Shown here one piece after another: positions 18,667 to 27,587 of a stretch of 48,403 nucleotides of DNA. Origin of the DNA: Candidatus Acetothermia bacterium. GTDB lineage: Bacteria > Bipolaricaulota > Bipolaricaulia > M55B111. Within the stretch, counting starts at the first letter, position 1, and every line of letters starts with the position of its first letter. Below the pieces are notes generated by a model, which did not search any database, was not told the origin of the DNA, and saw only the letters and a list, made by a program, of their open reading frames with translations. The DNA is taken from NCBI GenBank assembly GCA_046543235.1, contig JBKGZT010000002.1:1-48403 (forward strand), in the 5' to 3' direction. The position numbers were made by a program, and so were the translations under genes.

Positions 18667-19671
18667 ATGACAAAAGATAAGGTTACCTTTATAACCGGGG
18701 ACGGCATCGGGCCGGAGATAAGCCAGGCCGTTCGACGGGTTATCGATGCTTCCTCCGGTGAGATCGACTGGGAGATAGTCGAAACCAACCCTCAGGAAGA
18801 GCCCGGCGAGGAAATCATAAATCGGATGGAAAGCTCTCTGGAGAGGACCTCCGTCGGTATAAAAGGGCCCATTACGACGCCCATTGGTTCCGGCTACAGC
18901 AGTCTGACCGTCGCGCTGCGCAAGCGGCTGCAGCTTTACGCAAACGTCAGACCGGTAAAGCGCCTCCCGGGTCTGGGTCCCGACCTCTCGGGGGACGTCG
19001 ACTTGATAACCGTAAGGGAAAACACGGAAGGGTTATACAGCGGAATCGAGCATACCGTGGAGGACAAATACGCCGAATCGGTCAAACTCGCGACCAGAAA
19101 GGCCTCAAAGAGGATAGCGGAATTCGTTTTTGATCTCGCCGAGCGCGAAGGAAGGTACAAGGTAACCGCCGTCCATAAGGCGAATATTCTGAAACAAACC
19201 GACGGGTTATTCCTGGATTGCGCCAGGGACGTCTCGAAGAACTACCCGGAAATCGAGTTCGAGGAAAAGATCGTGGACAACATGGCCATGCAGCTCCTTA
19301 TCCGACCGGAGGACTTCGACGTACTGCTCGCCCCCAACCTGTACGGCGACATACTATCCGACCTTTCCGCCGGTCTAATAGGCGGCCTCGGCGTGGCACC
19401 GGGCGGTAACTTTGGCGATGAAGCAGTCGTTTTCGAAGCCGTTCACGGATCCGCCCCTGACATAGCAGGCCAAAACATGGCCAACCCGCTTGGGCTTATG
19501 CGATCGGCGATTATGATGCTGGAATACATCGGGCAGGATGATGCCGGAACGGAAATCGATTCGGCGATAAGAGACGTCCTCGAGGAAGGTGAAGTAATGA
19601 CACCCGACCTAGGAGGGACGGCAAGCACGAAGGAATTAACGGACGAGATCATAAGTTGCCTTCAGAGATGA
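18667..19671 (+). CDS. Beta-decarboxylating dehydrogenase (homoisocitrate / isocitrate dehydrogenase, NAD-IDH-like subgroup)
   Basis: Motifs: ITGDGIGPEI, GPITTPIGSGYSSLTVALRKRLQLYANVRP (resembles NAD-IDH/HICDH), VRENTEGLYSG, NLYGDILSDL, VHGSAPDIAG. Confidence 0.85.
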   Translation: MTKDKVTFITGDGIGPEISQAVRRVIDASSGEIDWEIVETNPQEEPGEEIINRMESSLERTSVGIKGPITTPIGSGYSSLTVALRKRLQLYANVRPVKRLPGLGPDLSGDVDLITVRENTEGLYSGIEHTVEDKYAESVKLATRKASKRIAEFVFDLAEREGRYKVTAVHKANILKQTDGLFLDCARDVSKNYPEIEFEEKIVDNMAMQLLIRPEDFDVLLAPNLYGDILSDLSAGLIGGLGVAPGGNFGDEAVVFEAVHGSAPDIAGQNMANPLGLMRSAIMMLEYIGQDDAGTEIDSAIRDVLEEGEVMTPDLGGTASTKELTDEIISCLQR

Positions 19672-20705
19672 AAACCTCGGACCTGCTGCGGGATATGGTG
19701 GAAATATACAGCCCCTCCGGCGAGGAAAAGTCGCTTGTGGATTTTCTGGCGCCAAAAATGGAGGACCTGGGTTATCGCGTCCGCCGGGACGAGGTAGGTA
19801 ACCTGATCGGGAGGATCGGACAGGGGGAGACCCAAGTACTGTTGCTTGGACACCTGGACACGGTCGAAGGCGAGATCCCCGTCAGAGTAGAGGACGGAAG
19901 GCTGTACGGCCGGGGGTCGGTCGACGCCAAAGGCCCCCTGGCAAACTTCATCGGATCGGCCCGCCGGTTCCGGGATTCAACAGAGCTTGAAATTCTGGTA
20001 ATCGGCGTCGTCGAGGAGGAGACCAGCTCCAAAGGTGCCTACGCGATCCTCGAACAGGCCTCTCCGGATTACGTCGTTGTAGGTGAGCCAAGCAGGTGGA
20101 ACGGAATTACCCTTGGCTATCGGGGCTCAACCAGGGTAACCTACACCCTGAAAAAGCCCAAGACTCACCGGGGAGAAGGTTCCTCAATACCGGCCGAAGA
20201 GGCAGTCGAATTCTACGAAGAGGTTCAGGAACTCTTCGAGGACGAAACCTCCGGATTCTACGGTACCGACGTGAGACTCACCAATTTTCAAACCCGGGAC
20301 GAACCCTTCTCCGATTCGGTCAGAATGGAACTGGACGTTAGAACAGGTCCCGGTTTTGATTACGATTCGCTGAGCGATTTCGTGGAAAAAGAAAGAGAAG
20401 GAGCAAGGATAGAAAGGACGAGAGGGATACCACCCGTTAAAACCTCCAAGCGAAACAAGCTCGTCAGCTCTTTTTTATCCGGAATAAGGAGCGCCGGCGG
20501 CGAACCCAAGTTCAAGCTAAAGACGGGCACCGCCGACATGAACATCCTGGCCGAACACTGGGACGTACCGATGATAGCTTACGGTCCCGGGGACTCCTCA
20601 CTCGATCACACCCCCCGAGAGAGGCTGGAGCTAGAGGAACTATCCCTGGCCAAAGAGGTTCTGACCGAAGCCCTGAAGGTCCTCGAAGGGGCGACGGGGA
20701 AATAA
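19668..20705 (+). CDS. lysK: [LysW]-lysine/ornithine hydrolase (M20 peptidase, ArgE/LysK family)
   Basis: Motifs: LLGHLDTV, GRGSVDAKGP, EEETSSKG. ATG 19668 overlaps the upstream stop (ATGA); the track start TTG 19656 is less likely. Confidence 0.85.
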   Translation: MKTSDLLRDMVEIYSPSGEEKSLVDFLAPKMEDLGYRVRRDEVGNLIGRIGQGETQVLLLGHLDTVEGEIPVRVEDGRLYGRGSVDAKGPLANFIGSARRFRDSTELEILVIGVVEEETSSKGAYAILEQASPDYVVVGEPSRWNGITLGYRGSTRVTYTLKKPKTHRGEGSSIPAEEAVEFYEEVQELFEDETSGFYGTDVRLTNFQTRDEPFSDSVRMELDVRTGPGFDYDSLSDFVEKEREGARIERTRGIPPVKTSKRNKLVSSFLSGIRSAGGEPKFKLKTGTADMNILAEHWDVPMIAYGPGDSSLDHTPRERLELEELSLAKEVLTEALKVLEGATGK

Positions 20706-20721
20706 CAGGATTGGAGGTCAA

Positions 20722-22110
20722 ATGCAACTGCTTGATACTACACTAAGAGAAGGAGAGCAGACTCCCGGCGTCTCCTTTACCATCGACGAAAAAAAGGAGA
20801 TAGCGGGACTTCTGGACGAATTCGGCGTGGACATAATAGAGATCGGCCATCCAGTGGTATCCAGTGATATAGAACGAGCCTGTCGTACTATCGCGGAAGA
20901 CGAACTGGAAGCGGAAACCATGGCTCATTCCCGGGCGACCCGATCCGACATCGACGCCGTCAAGGATACCGGCGTCGACTGGGTCGGGATATTCCTGGGC
21001 ACCTCACAGCTCAGCCTGGAACACAAGCTACATACAAATAGAACAGAGGCCCTGGAGAGAATAAGAAGTTCGGTGGCTTACGCCAAAGAGCTCGGGCTAA
21101 AGGTCAGGTTTACTCCGGAGGACGCCACGAGAACCGAGCAAGGTTACCTGGAAGAAGCGGCAATGGCCGCCGAGGAGGCCGGCGCGGACAGAATAAGCAT
21201 AGCGGATACAGTGGGGACGGCTACACCCGCTACCTACGGCAGGTTAATTGAGACCATAGGCGAAAAAGTGGACGTCCCCCTGCATACCCACTGCCACGAC
21301 GACTACGGCATGGCGGTCGCAAACTCTCTAGCCGGGTTCGAGGCCGGGGCTTATCTAATAGACGTTACGGTCAACGGGCTTGGCGAAAGAACCGGCATAT
21401 CACCCCTGGCTCCGACGGTAGTCGCGCTGGAGCGCCTCTACGAAGTTAAGAAGGAATGGAAACTCGAGATGTTGCCGGAGATTTCCCGGGCCGTCGAGAA
21501 AGCCTCCGGTCTCTTTAACTCCGAGACGGACCCGATAGTCGGCGAGTACGCCTTTGCACATAAGTCCGGTCTGCATACCAAAGCCGTCCTGGAAGACCCG
21601 GAAACCTACGAAGCGATCCCGCCGGAGATCGTCCACAAGCAGCGGCAGATTATCATAGACAAGTACACAGGCAAGGCCGCAGTGGAGGACCGGTTAAACG
21701 AGATGGGGGTCGAACTCGGCGCGGAAGAACTTGAAGAAATCGTCGCCAGAGTCAAGGAATCCGCGAGCGATGGCAAGACCAGGTTTAACGACATAGACCT
21801 GCTGGAGATCGCTGACGCGGTGCTCGACCTCGAGGTAAAGAGCCGGGTTCCCACGGGTGTGGAAGCACTTATTTCTTTCGCGCTGAACAGCACCTCTTAC
21901 ACGACTAGAGCCACCCGAAAGATCGCGGCGTACGACGAAGTGGATACTGTCTACGAACTCACCGGCGATTACGACATCCAGGCCCACCTGGACTCGAGGT
22001 CGGTACAACAGCTGAACGACCTCATCGAGGAATTTCGCAACATGGACGAAGTACGGACGACTGAGACAAGTCTGGTTCTGAAGGGCTACGAAAAGGACGA
22101 AGAAGTTTAA
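20722..22110 (+). CDS. Homocitrate synthase (Thermus/fungal LysS type) with a C-terminal RAM (AsnC-type ligand-binding) domain
   Basis: GGAGG RBS. TLREGEQ motif, HCHDDYGMAVAN, NGLGERTGI, and WKLEMLPEISR...FAHKSGLH, which resembles Thermus HCS as I recall it. The last 87 aa (nt 21847-22107) contain TVYELTGDYDIQAHLDSRSVQQLNDLIEEF...VRTTETSLVLK, typical of an AsnC/Lrp RAM fold. Confidence 0.8.
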   Translation: MQLLDTTLREGEQTPGVSFTIDEKKEIAGLLDEFGVDIIEIGHPVVSSDIERACRTIAEDELEAETMAHSRATRSDIDAVKDTGVDWVGIFLGTSQLSLEHKLHTNRTEALERIRSSVAYAKELGLKVRFTPEDATRTEQGYLEEAAMAAEEAGADRISIADTVGTATPATYGRLIETIGEKVDVPLHTHCHDDYGMAVANSLAGFEAGAYLIDVTVNGLGERTGISPLAPTVVALERLYEVKKEWKLEMLPEISRAVEKASGLFNSETDPIVGEYAFAHKSGLHTKAVLEDPETYEAIPPEIVHKQRQIIIDKYTGKAAVEDRLNEMGVELGAEELEEIVARVKESASDGKTRFNDIDLLEIADAVLDLEVKSRVPTGVEALISFALNSTSYTTRATRKIAAYDEVDTVYELTGDYDIQAHLDSRSVQQLNDLIEEFRNMDEVRTTETSLVLKGYEKDEEV

Positions 22111-22128
22111 TTATTCGAGGAGGAATTC

Positions 22129-23010
22129 ATGACGAAGATCTACCTGGACGGAGAATTCGTACCGAAAGAAGAAGCAAAGGTAAGCGTATTTGATCACGGT
22201 TTTCTTTACGGAGACGGAATTTTCGAGGGAATACGGGCTTACGACGGCTACGTATTCAAGCTGGAGGAGCACCTGGACAGGTTTTACCGAAGCGGACGGG
22301 CGATAAACCTGGATATCCCCCTGGACGAGGAGGAAATGACCGAAAAGATACTCGAAACTCTACGGGTGAACGGTTTTGACGAAGCCTACATAAGGCCGAT
22401 AGTAACCCGCGGTCAGGGCTCTCTCGGCATAGATACGGTCTCCTGCAGCGATCCTTCCGTAATAATTATCACCAAGGAGTGGGAGGCCCTCTATGGTCCG
22501 GAACTCTACGAGGAAGGTCTAAAGCTTTTAACCACGACCATCCGCAACCAGCCAAAACAGGGGTTACCCCCAACAGTAAAACACCTGAACTATCTGACGA
22601 ACGTCCTGGCCCTCATGCAGGCCGATACCTGGGGGGCGGACGAAGCCCTTATGCTCGATACCAACGGCAACGTCTCCGAAGGTAGTGCGGATAACCTGTT
22701 CGTCTATAGAAAGGGGGCGGTATATACCCCGCCCGTAATAAACAACCTACCGGGAATAACCAGAAACGTCGTAATCGAAATCCTGGAGGACCTCGGTTAC
22801 GAGGTCAGGGAAGAAAACCTCGGCCTGGCCGAAGTAATGACTGCTGACGAAGTCTTTCTTTCCGGCACGGCCGCCGAGGTCGCTCCGGTTGCGGAAATCG
22901 ACGGTAGGGAGATCGGCGACGGCAAACCCGGCGATCTCACCCTTAAAGTAAAGGAGGAATTCCAGAAGATTACCGGGATACCGAAAACCGGAACGGAGAT
23001 CAGCCGATAG
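22129..23010 (+). CDS. ilvE: Branched-chain amino-acid aminotransferase (fold-type IV)
   Basis: GAGGAGG RBS. Motifs: [49 protein letters not shown]. Confidence 0.9.
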   Translation: MTKIYLDGEFVPKEEAKVSVFDHGFLYGDGIFEGIRAYDGYVFKLEEHLDRFYRSGRAINLDIPLDEEEMTEKILETLRVNGFDEAYIRPIVTRGQGSLGIDTVSCSDPSVIIITKEWEALYGPELYEEGLKLLTTTIRNQPKQGLPPTVKHLNYLTNVLALMQADTWGADEALMLDTNGNVSEGSADNLFVYRKGAVYTPPVINNLPGITRNVVIEILEDLGYEVREENLGLAEVMTADEVFLSGTAAEVAPVAEIDGREIGDGKPGDLTLKVKEEFQKITGIPKTGTEISR

Positions 23011-23030
23011 GTAAAGTTTAAACCGAAAAA

Positions 23031-23059
23031 TTGAAGAGGGAGCTACTTCCGAGTATAAT
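23031..23059 (+). promoter_or_regulatory. Candidate sigma-70-type promoter
   Basis: TTGAAG (23031-23036), a 17 nt spacer, then TATAAT (23054-23059). It lies downstream of ilvE and ~135 nt upstream of the small-peptide ATG. Confidence 0.4.
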
Positions 23060-23193
23060 AAAAACGAATTGTAAACAGTGGTGACCATCTTCCAACTTTT
23101 AACTTTTTTAGGCTCTAGATGATAAACCGGGATTTAGGCTCGGTTTTTGGTGTCCCAGAAAGAATCAACTACCCTTACAACCTGGAGGTTAAA

Positions 23194-23373
23194 ATGAGAA
23201 AACTTCTGGCACTGACTATAGTCCTCCTCCTGTTGGTGGGTCTGGTCGCGGGGCCGGCGACTTTCGTCGGTGAACCGGCAAACGACGTACGCGCCGAACC
23301 GGTGGAAACCGGCATCGAGCGGAGCGGAAACGACGTCAGCATAAACAGTCCGATTTCCATCGGAGGTTCATGA
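23194..23373 (+). CDS. Small secreted or membrane-anchored peptide (59 aa), unknown function
   Basis: GGAGG RBS 5 nt upstream of ATG 23194. MRKLLALTIVLLLLVGLVAGPATF is a signal-peptide-like N-terminus. A stem-loop with a T-run follows. I recognise no homology. Confidence 0.35.
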   Translation: MRKLLALTIVLLLLVGLVAGPATFVGEPANDVRAEPVETGIERSGNDVSINSPISIGGS

Positions 23374-23413
23374 AATAACTCACCTCCTATACCTTAAATA
23401 GCGTCATTACTCA

Positions 23414-23445
23414 GGGTCGGCCTCTGGCCGGCCTTTTTTATTTTT
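23414..23445 (+). terminator. Rho-independent terminator
   Basis: GC-rich stem GGGTCGGCC/GGCCGGCCT (core CGGCC tct GGCCG) followed by TTTTTTATTTTT. Confidence 0.6.
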
Positions 23446-23492
23446 CCTCTTTTAGTATACTTTCACATCCTCTTACAGGACGGTAGATAGAG

Positions 23493-25979
23493 ATGCGACC
23501 GGAAGTACAGCACGTACATGAAAAGCAGGACTACCTGGATAGGGTCTTCAAGGGGGACTCCGAGACAAGGTTACTTGCTACATTCGGAACCACCGAAGTC
23601 CTACTGCAGACCATTCCCGAGGGCAAGGAGTGGAAACTATACCCTTTTAGCGGTGGAGGAGGATTCGAGTTCCTCTACCTCCTGGACGGGGAAGTCGTCT
23701 TTACCGAACCTGGTCCGAAAAAGGTCCTCGGGCCCGGCGACTACGTCACGCGGGGGCAGGTCTCGACGGAACTGTGGTTTCGAACCAGGTCGGAATCCAG
23801 GCTCCTCTGGTTTGCTTCACAGCCCGTTTTCCGGGCTACCCAGGAAGAGATAGAATCCTTCAAGGAAAAAGCCAAAAAGGTAGAGAAAATAGAAGGAATG
23901 GAGAACCACTCCAAGAACCTGGAAGAACTGGCCGTCCGCCTGGGGCGAAAACTCGGCCTAACATCCGAGCAGCTGTTCAACCTCCACTACAGCGCCTACT
24001 TCCACGACATTGGCAAGGAAAAGGTGCCGGAAAAGGTCCTCAGGAAGGAGGGAGAACTTACCGACGAAGAGTGGGAAACCATGAAGAAGCATCCGGTATG
24101 GGGAAAGGAAATCCTGGAAGAGAAGGAATTCTTGGAAGAGGCGGCAGAGATCGTCGCCCAGCACCACGAACGTATCGACGGAGACGGCTACCCAGAAGGC
24201 CTCGAAGGAAGGGAGATCTCCATCGAAGCCAGGATTATCTCGGTCGTCGACGCCTATGACGCCATGAGGACCGATCGAGCCTACAGGGGAGCCCTAACAA
24301 AGGAGGAATCCGTGGAAGAGCTGAGGGAAAACGCCGGGACTCAGTTCGACGAAAACGTGGTCGAAGCTTTTCTTGAACTAATTACGGGCGGGGAAGAGAG
24401 GGACAACCCGGACTTCGACCTCGAGGCGGCTTATCTACAACAGAGAAAGTACTTCCTGGACCTCGGAGAAAAAGTCCTTGCCAAAGCCGATGTCGACGAT
24501 ATATTACCCGAACTTGCCCGGGCCGTCGTGGATACCTCCCCCTTCCAGCGTGTGATCATATCGCTTTACGAACCATCAATCAGGTTGGGCACGCCTGAGG
24601 GAAACTCCCGAGTCGTCCACTTTTCGTCCGCGGGCCTAACCCTCGAAGAACGGAAAAAGCTGGAAGAAGCCGCAAAGGGAAAACCACCGGTAAACCCCGC
24701 CAAGTTTGACGAACGGTTCAAAATCAGCAATTCCTATTACGTTCCCCACGACGCAGCTCTCGAAGACGAGGACTCTTCCGCTACAACTATAACAAGTAGC
24801 AAGTCGGAGGAAGAAACCGAGGATTGGCATCCCGACGACAAGCTTTACGTCCCCCTGACCAGCGAGGACGAAGTGATGGGCCACATTTCTGTCGACGATC
24901 CGATAGACGGGAGGGCTCCGACGGTGGAGAAACTACAACTTATGGAGGGGCTGGCAAACCTGGGTTCACTGGCAATTGCCAAAACGCAGAGAATCAAGGA
25001 GTTAAACGAACAAAAGGAAAACATCCGAACCCTCCACGATCTGGGGAAGCGATTTATGCGGGCAATTAACCCGGAACAACTTTACTACGAAACGACTGAA
25101 CTACTTGGCGATTACTTCGACTACGAATTCTGTTCTATTTTGATAAACCAGGATGGGAAGTTAAGGCGAGCCGCCCATCAATCCAGGTTCGAGGGGAAAG
25201 ACCCGGTAGAGGCGGAGGAGACCCTGGAGTTCGGAGAGGGATTAATCGGCTGGGTAGCGGAGAAGAGGGAACCGGTCCTGCTGGGCGAGGTTCAGGACGA
25301 CCCTCGCTACACAAAAGGCCGAGATGACGTCAAATCCGAACTGGCCGTGCCGGTTGTGCTGGACGGAGAGCTAATCGGAGTACTGGACATCCAGAGCAAG
25401 TACGAAAACAACTTCACGGAAGACGAGCTCGAGCTGTTGGACGTAATCTCGATTCAGCTCTCCATCGCCATCAGCAACATCCGACGCAAGAACGAACTCA
25501 AGGAACAGGCAACTAAGGACCCGCTAACGGGCGTGTTTAACAGGCGTTACTTCTCCTCTACGATAGAGAAGGAAATCGAAAGGTCGCACCGCTACAGCCA
25601 CCCAATGGGGATAATGATGACTGATATCAATAACTTCAAACGAATCAACGACGTCTATTCTCACGTAATCGGGGACAGGGTACTGGTCGAAATCGCGAAG
25701 ATATTTCAGCAAGAAACTAGAGACGCGGACACGGTGGTACGATACGGAGGCGACGAATACCTGGTCCTCTTCCCCGAGACGGGTGAAAAGGCGAGGAGGG
25801 TGGCGGAAAGAATAGAAGCCCGGATCCAGGACTGGAACGAATCGAACGACCTGATCGACGAGGACCTCACCATATCAAAGGGGTTCGCGTTCTGGTTCCC
25901 GGACGGCGGTAAGGATATAGACGAGGTCATCAAAGAAGCCGACAACCGCATGTACAGGGATAAAGGTCGCCACACCTGA
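23493..25979 (+). CDS. Multidomain c-di-GMP signalling protein: cupin, HD-GYP, GAF region(s), GGDEF
   Basis: N-terminal cupin-like beta-barrel (FEFLYLLDGEVVF...GPGDYV). HD-GYP domain (HDIGK; HHERIDGDGYP). GAF-like segments (GLIGWVAEKREPVLLGEV...ELAVPVVLDGELIGVLDIQ). GGDEF domain with an RDAD I-site five residues before RYGGDEY (nt 25746-25760). Confidence 0.85.
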   Translation: MRPEVQHVHEKQDYLDRVFKGDSETRLLATFGTTEVLLQTIPEGKEWKLYPFSGGGGFEFLYLLDGEVVFTEPGPKKVLGPGDYVTRGQVSTELWFRTRSESRLLWFASQPVFRATQEEIESFKEKAKKVEKIEGMENHSKNLEELAVRLGRKLGLTSEQLFNLHYSAYFHDIGKEKVPEKVLRKEGELTDEEWETMKKHPVWGKEILEEKEFLEEAAEIVAQHHERIDGDGYPEGLEGREISIEARIISVVDAYDAMRTDRAYRGALTKEESVEELRENAGTQFDENVVEAFLELITGGEERDNPDFDLEAAYLQQRKYFLDLGEKVLAKADVDDILPELARAVVDTSPFQRVIISLYEPSIRLGTPEGNSRVVHFSSAGLTLEERKKLEEAAKGKPPVNPAKFDERFKISNSYYVPHDAALEDEDSSATTITSSKSEEETEDWHPDDKLYVPLTSEDEVMGHISVDDPIDGRAPTVEKLQLMEGLANLGSLAIAKTQRIKELNEQKENIRTLHDLGKRFMRAINPEQLYYETTELLGDYFDYEFCSILINQDGKLRRAAHQSRFEGKDPVEAEETLEFGEGLIGWVAEKREPVLLGEVQDDPRYTKGRDDVKSELAVPVVLDGELIGVLDIQSKYENNFTEDELELLDVISIQLSIAISNIRRKNELKEQATKDPLTGVFNRRYFSSTIEKEIERSHRYSHPMGIMMTDINNFKRINDVYSHVIGDRVLVEIAKIFQQETRDADTVVRYGGDEYLVLFPETGEKARRVAERIEARIQDWNESNDLIDEDLTISKGFAFWFPDGGKDIDEVIKEADNRMYRDKGRHT

Positions 25980-25992
25980 CCGTGACCGGAGG

Positions 25993-27585
25993 TCAACTGG
26001 CGTGACCGGAGACCTCCATTCTCTCACTCAGCAGGCCGTAAATGTAACCGTCGCGCAGGGCCTCCCAGCTCGCTTCGATGACGTCTTCCGAGACGCCGAT
26101 CGTGTTCCAGGTCTTCTCCCCATCCGTCATCTCGATCATTACCCTCGGGACCGCCGCCGTACCCCTGTAACTTTCTAGGATCCGGACCTTGTAATTGGTC
26201 AACCTCATCTCTTCTATCGAATGGTAAAAGCTGTTCAGGCAGCGATGAAAGGCGTTATCCAGCGCGTCTACCGGCCCGTGACCTCTCTCTATCGCATCTC
26301 TGACCTCTCCGTCCACTCGGAGCTTCACGCTTGCCTTTGCAGTCGGGTCTTCCCCGTCGACCCTGTTCGTCAGGATCTCGTATTCCAGCACCTCAAAGAA
26401 CTCTGGAAGGTCTCCCTGGACCCGCTTGGCAAGGAGGGCAAAAGAAGCATCGGCGTTCTCGAACTGATAGCCGTCCTCCTCCAGCCTTTTGATATTCTCA
26501 AGTACTTCCCTGTGGGCATCTCCGCCCTCCAGCTCGACTCCCACGTTCTTTAGCTTGCGCTCGACCGTACTTCCTCCGGAAAGCTCCGAAACGAGAAAGC
26601 GTCGCTCGTTCCCAACTTCTTCCGGTTTTACGTGCTCGAAGGTACCTGGGTGCTTCAGGACGGCATCCACGTGCAGCCCCGCTTTGTGGCTGAAAGCATT
26701 TACCCCCACGTAGGGCGTTCGCCTCTCCGGCGTCTTGTTCGCCAGCTCCGAAACGAATCGAGATACGGAGGTAAGTTCTTCCAGGCTCTTCCGCGATTTG
26801 AGCGCATTGACCTCCTTTTTAAGGACCAGGTTGGGAATTACCGAACAGAGATCCGCGTTGCCAACCCGCTCGCCGTATCCGTTTATCGTACCTTGAACCG
26901 CCTCCGCGCCCCCATCAACTGCGACCAGTGAATTCGCAACGGCCAGCCCGGAATCGTCGTGGGCGTGGATCGACAGCGGGAGATCGATCTCTCCTTCCAC
27001 CCTGACGACTATATCTCGCACTTCGGAGGGCACGGTACCTCCGTTGGTATCACAGAGACAGAGCCTGTCCGCGCCCGATTTCTCGGCAACCCTCAGCGTC
27101 TCTAGGGCGTATTCGGGATCGTCTTTGAAACCATCGAAAAAATGCTCCGCGTCGTAAAGCACTTCCCTGCCGTTTTCCTTCAGGTAAGATGCCGAGTCAC
27201 CTATCATATTCAAGTTCTCTTCCGGCGTAACGCCGAGCACCCTGTCGACGTGAAACCGCCAGCTTTTTCCGACGATCCCGACAACCGGGGCCTTCGAGTC
27301 GAGCAATCCCAACAGGTTTTTGTCCTCGGAGGGTTCGGTATCCGGCCTTCTCGTACTGCTCAGCGCGACGAGCTTTGCATTCTCCAGTTCATCCTGGCCG
27401 AACGTCTGAAAGAACCTGGTATCCTTCGGGTTGCTCGGAACCCAGCCGGCTTCTACGTAATCGACGCCGAGCTCGTCCAGCCTCCGAGCGATCTTTTTTT
27501 TGTCTTCCAGGGAAAAACTTATGTCCCGACCCTGGGATCCGTCACGAAGCGTAGTATCGAAAACCTCTATCCGCTCTTTGTTCAT
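25993..27585 (-). CDS. cimA: (R)-citramalate synthase-type LeuA-family enzyme (CimA-like, with LeuA-type C-terminal regulatory domain)
   Basis: Motifs: DTTLRDGSQG, VEAGWVPSNPKD, HAHDDSGLAVAN, NGYGERVGNADL. 530 aa with a C-terminal dimerisation/regulatory domain. The start lies 2 nt after the leuB stop. Confidence 0.8.
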   Translation of the reverse strand: MNKERIEVFDTTLRDGSQGRDISFSLEDKKKIARRLDELGVDYVEAGWVPSNPKDTRFFQTFGQDELENAKLVALSSTRRPDTEPSEDKNLLGLLDSKAPVVGIVGKSWRFHVDRVLGVTPEENLNMIGDSASYLKENGREVLYDAEHFFDGFKDDPEYALETLRVAEKSGADRLCLCDTNGGTVPSEVRDIVVRVEGEIDLPLSIHAHDDSGLAVANSLVAVDGGAEAVQGTINGYGERVGNADLCSVIPNLVLKKEVNALKSRKSLEELTSVSRFVSELANKTPERRTPYVGVNAFSHKAGLHVDAVLKHPGTFEHVKPEEVGNERRFLVSELSGGSTVERKLKNVGVELEGGDAHREVLENIKRLEEDGYQFENADASFALLAKRVQGDLPEFFEVLEYEILTNRVDGEDPTAKASVKLRVDGEVRDAIERGHGPVDALDNAFHRCLNSFYHSIEEMRLTNYKVRILESYRGTAAVPRVMIEMTDGEKTWNTIGVSEDVIEASWEALRDGYIYGLLSERMEVSGHAS

Positions 27586-27587
27586 GG

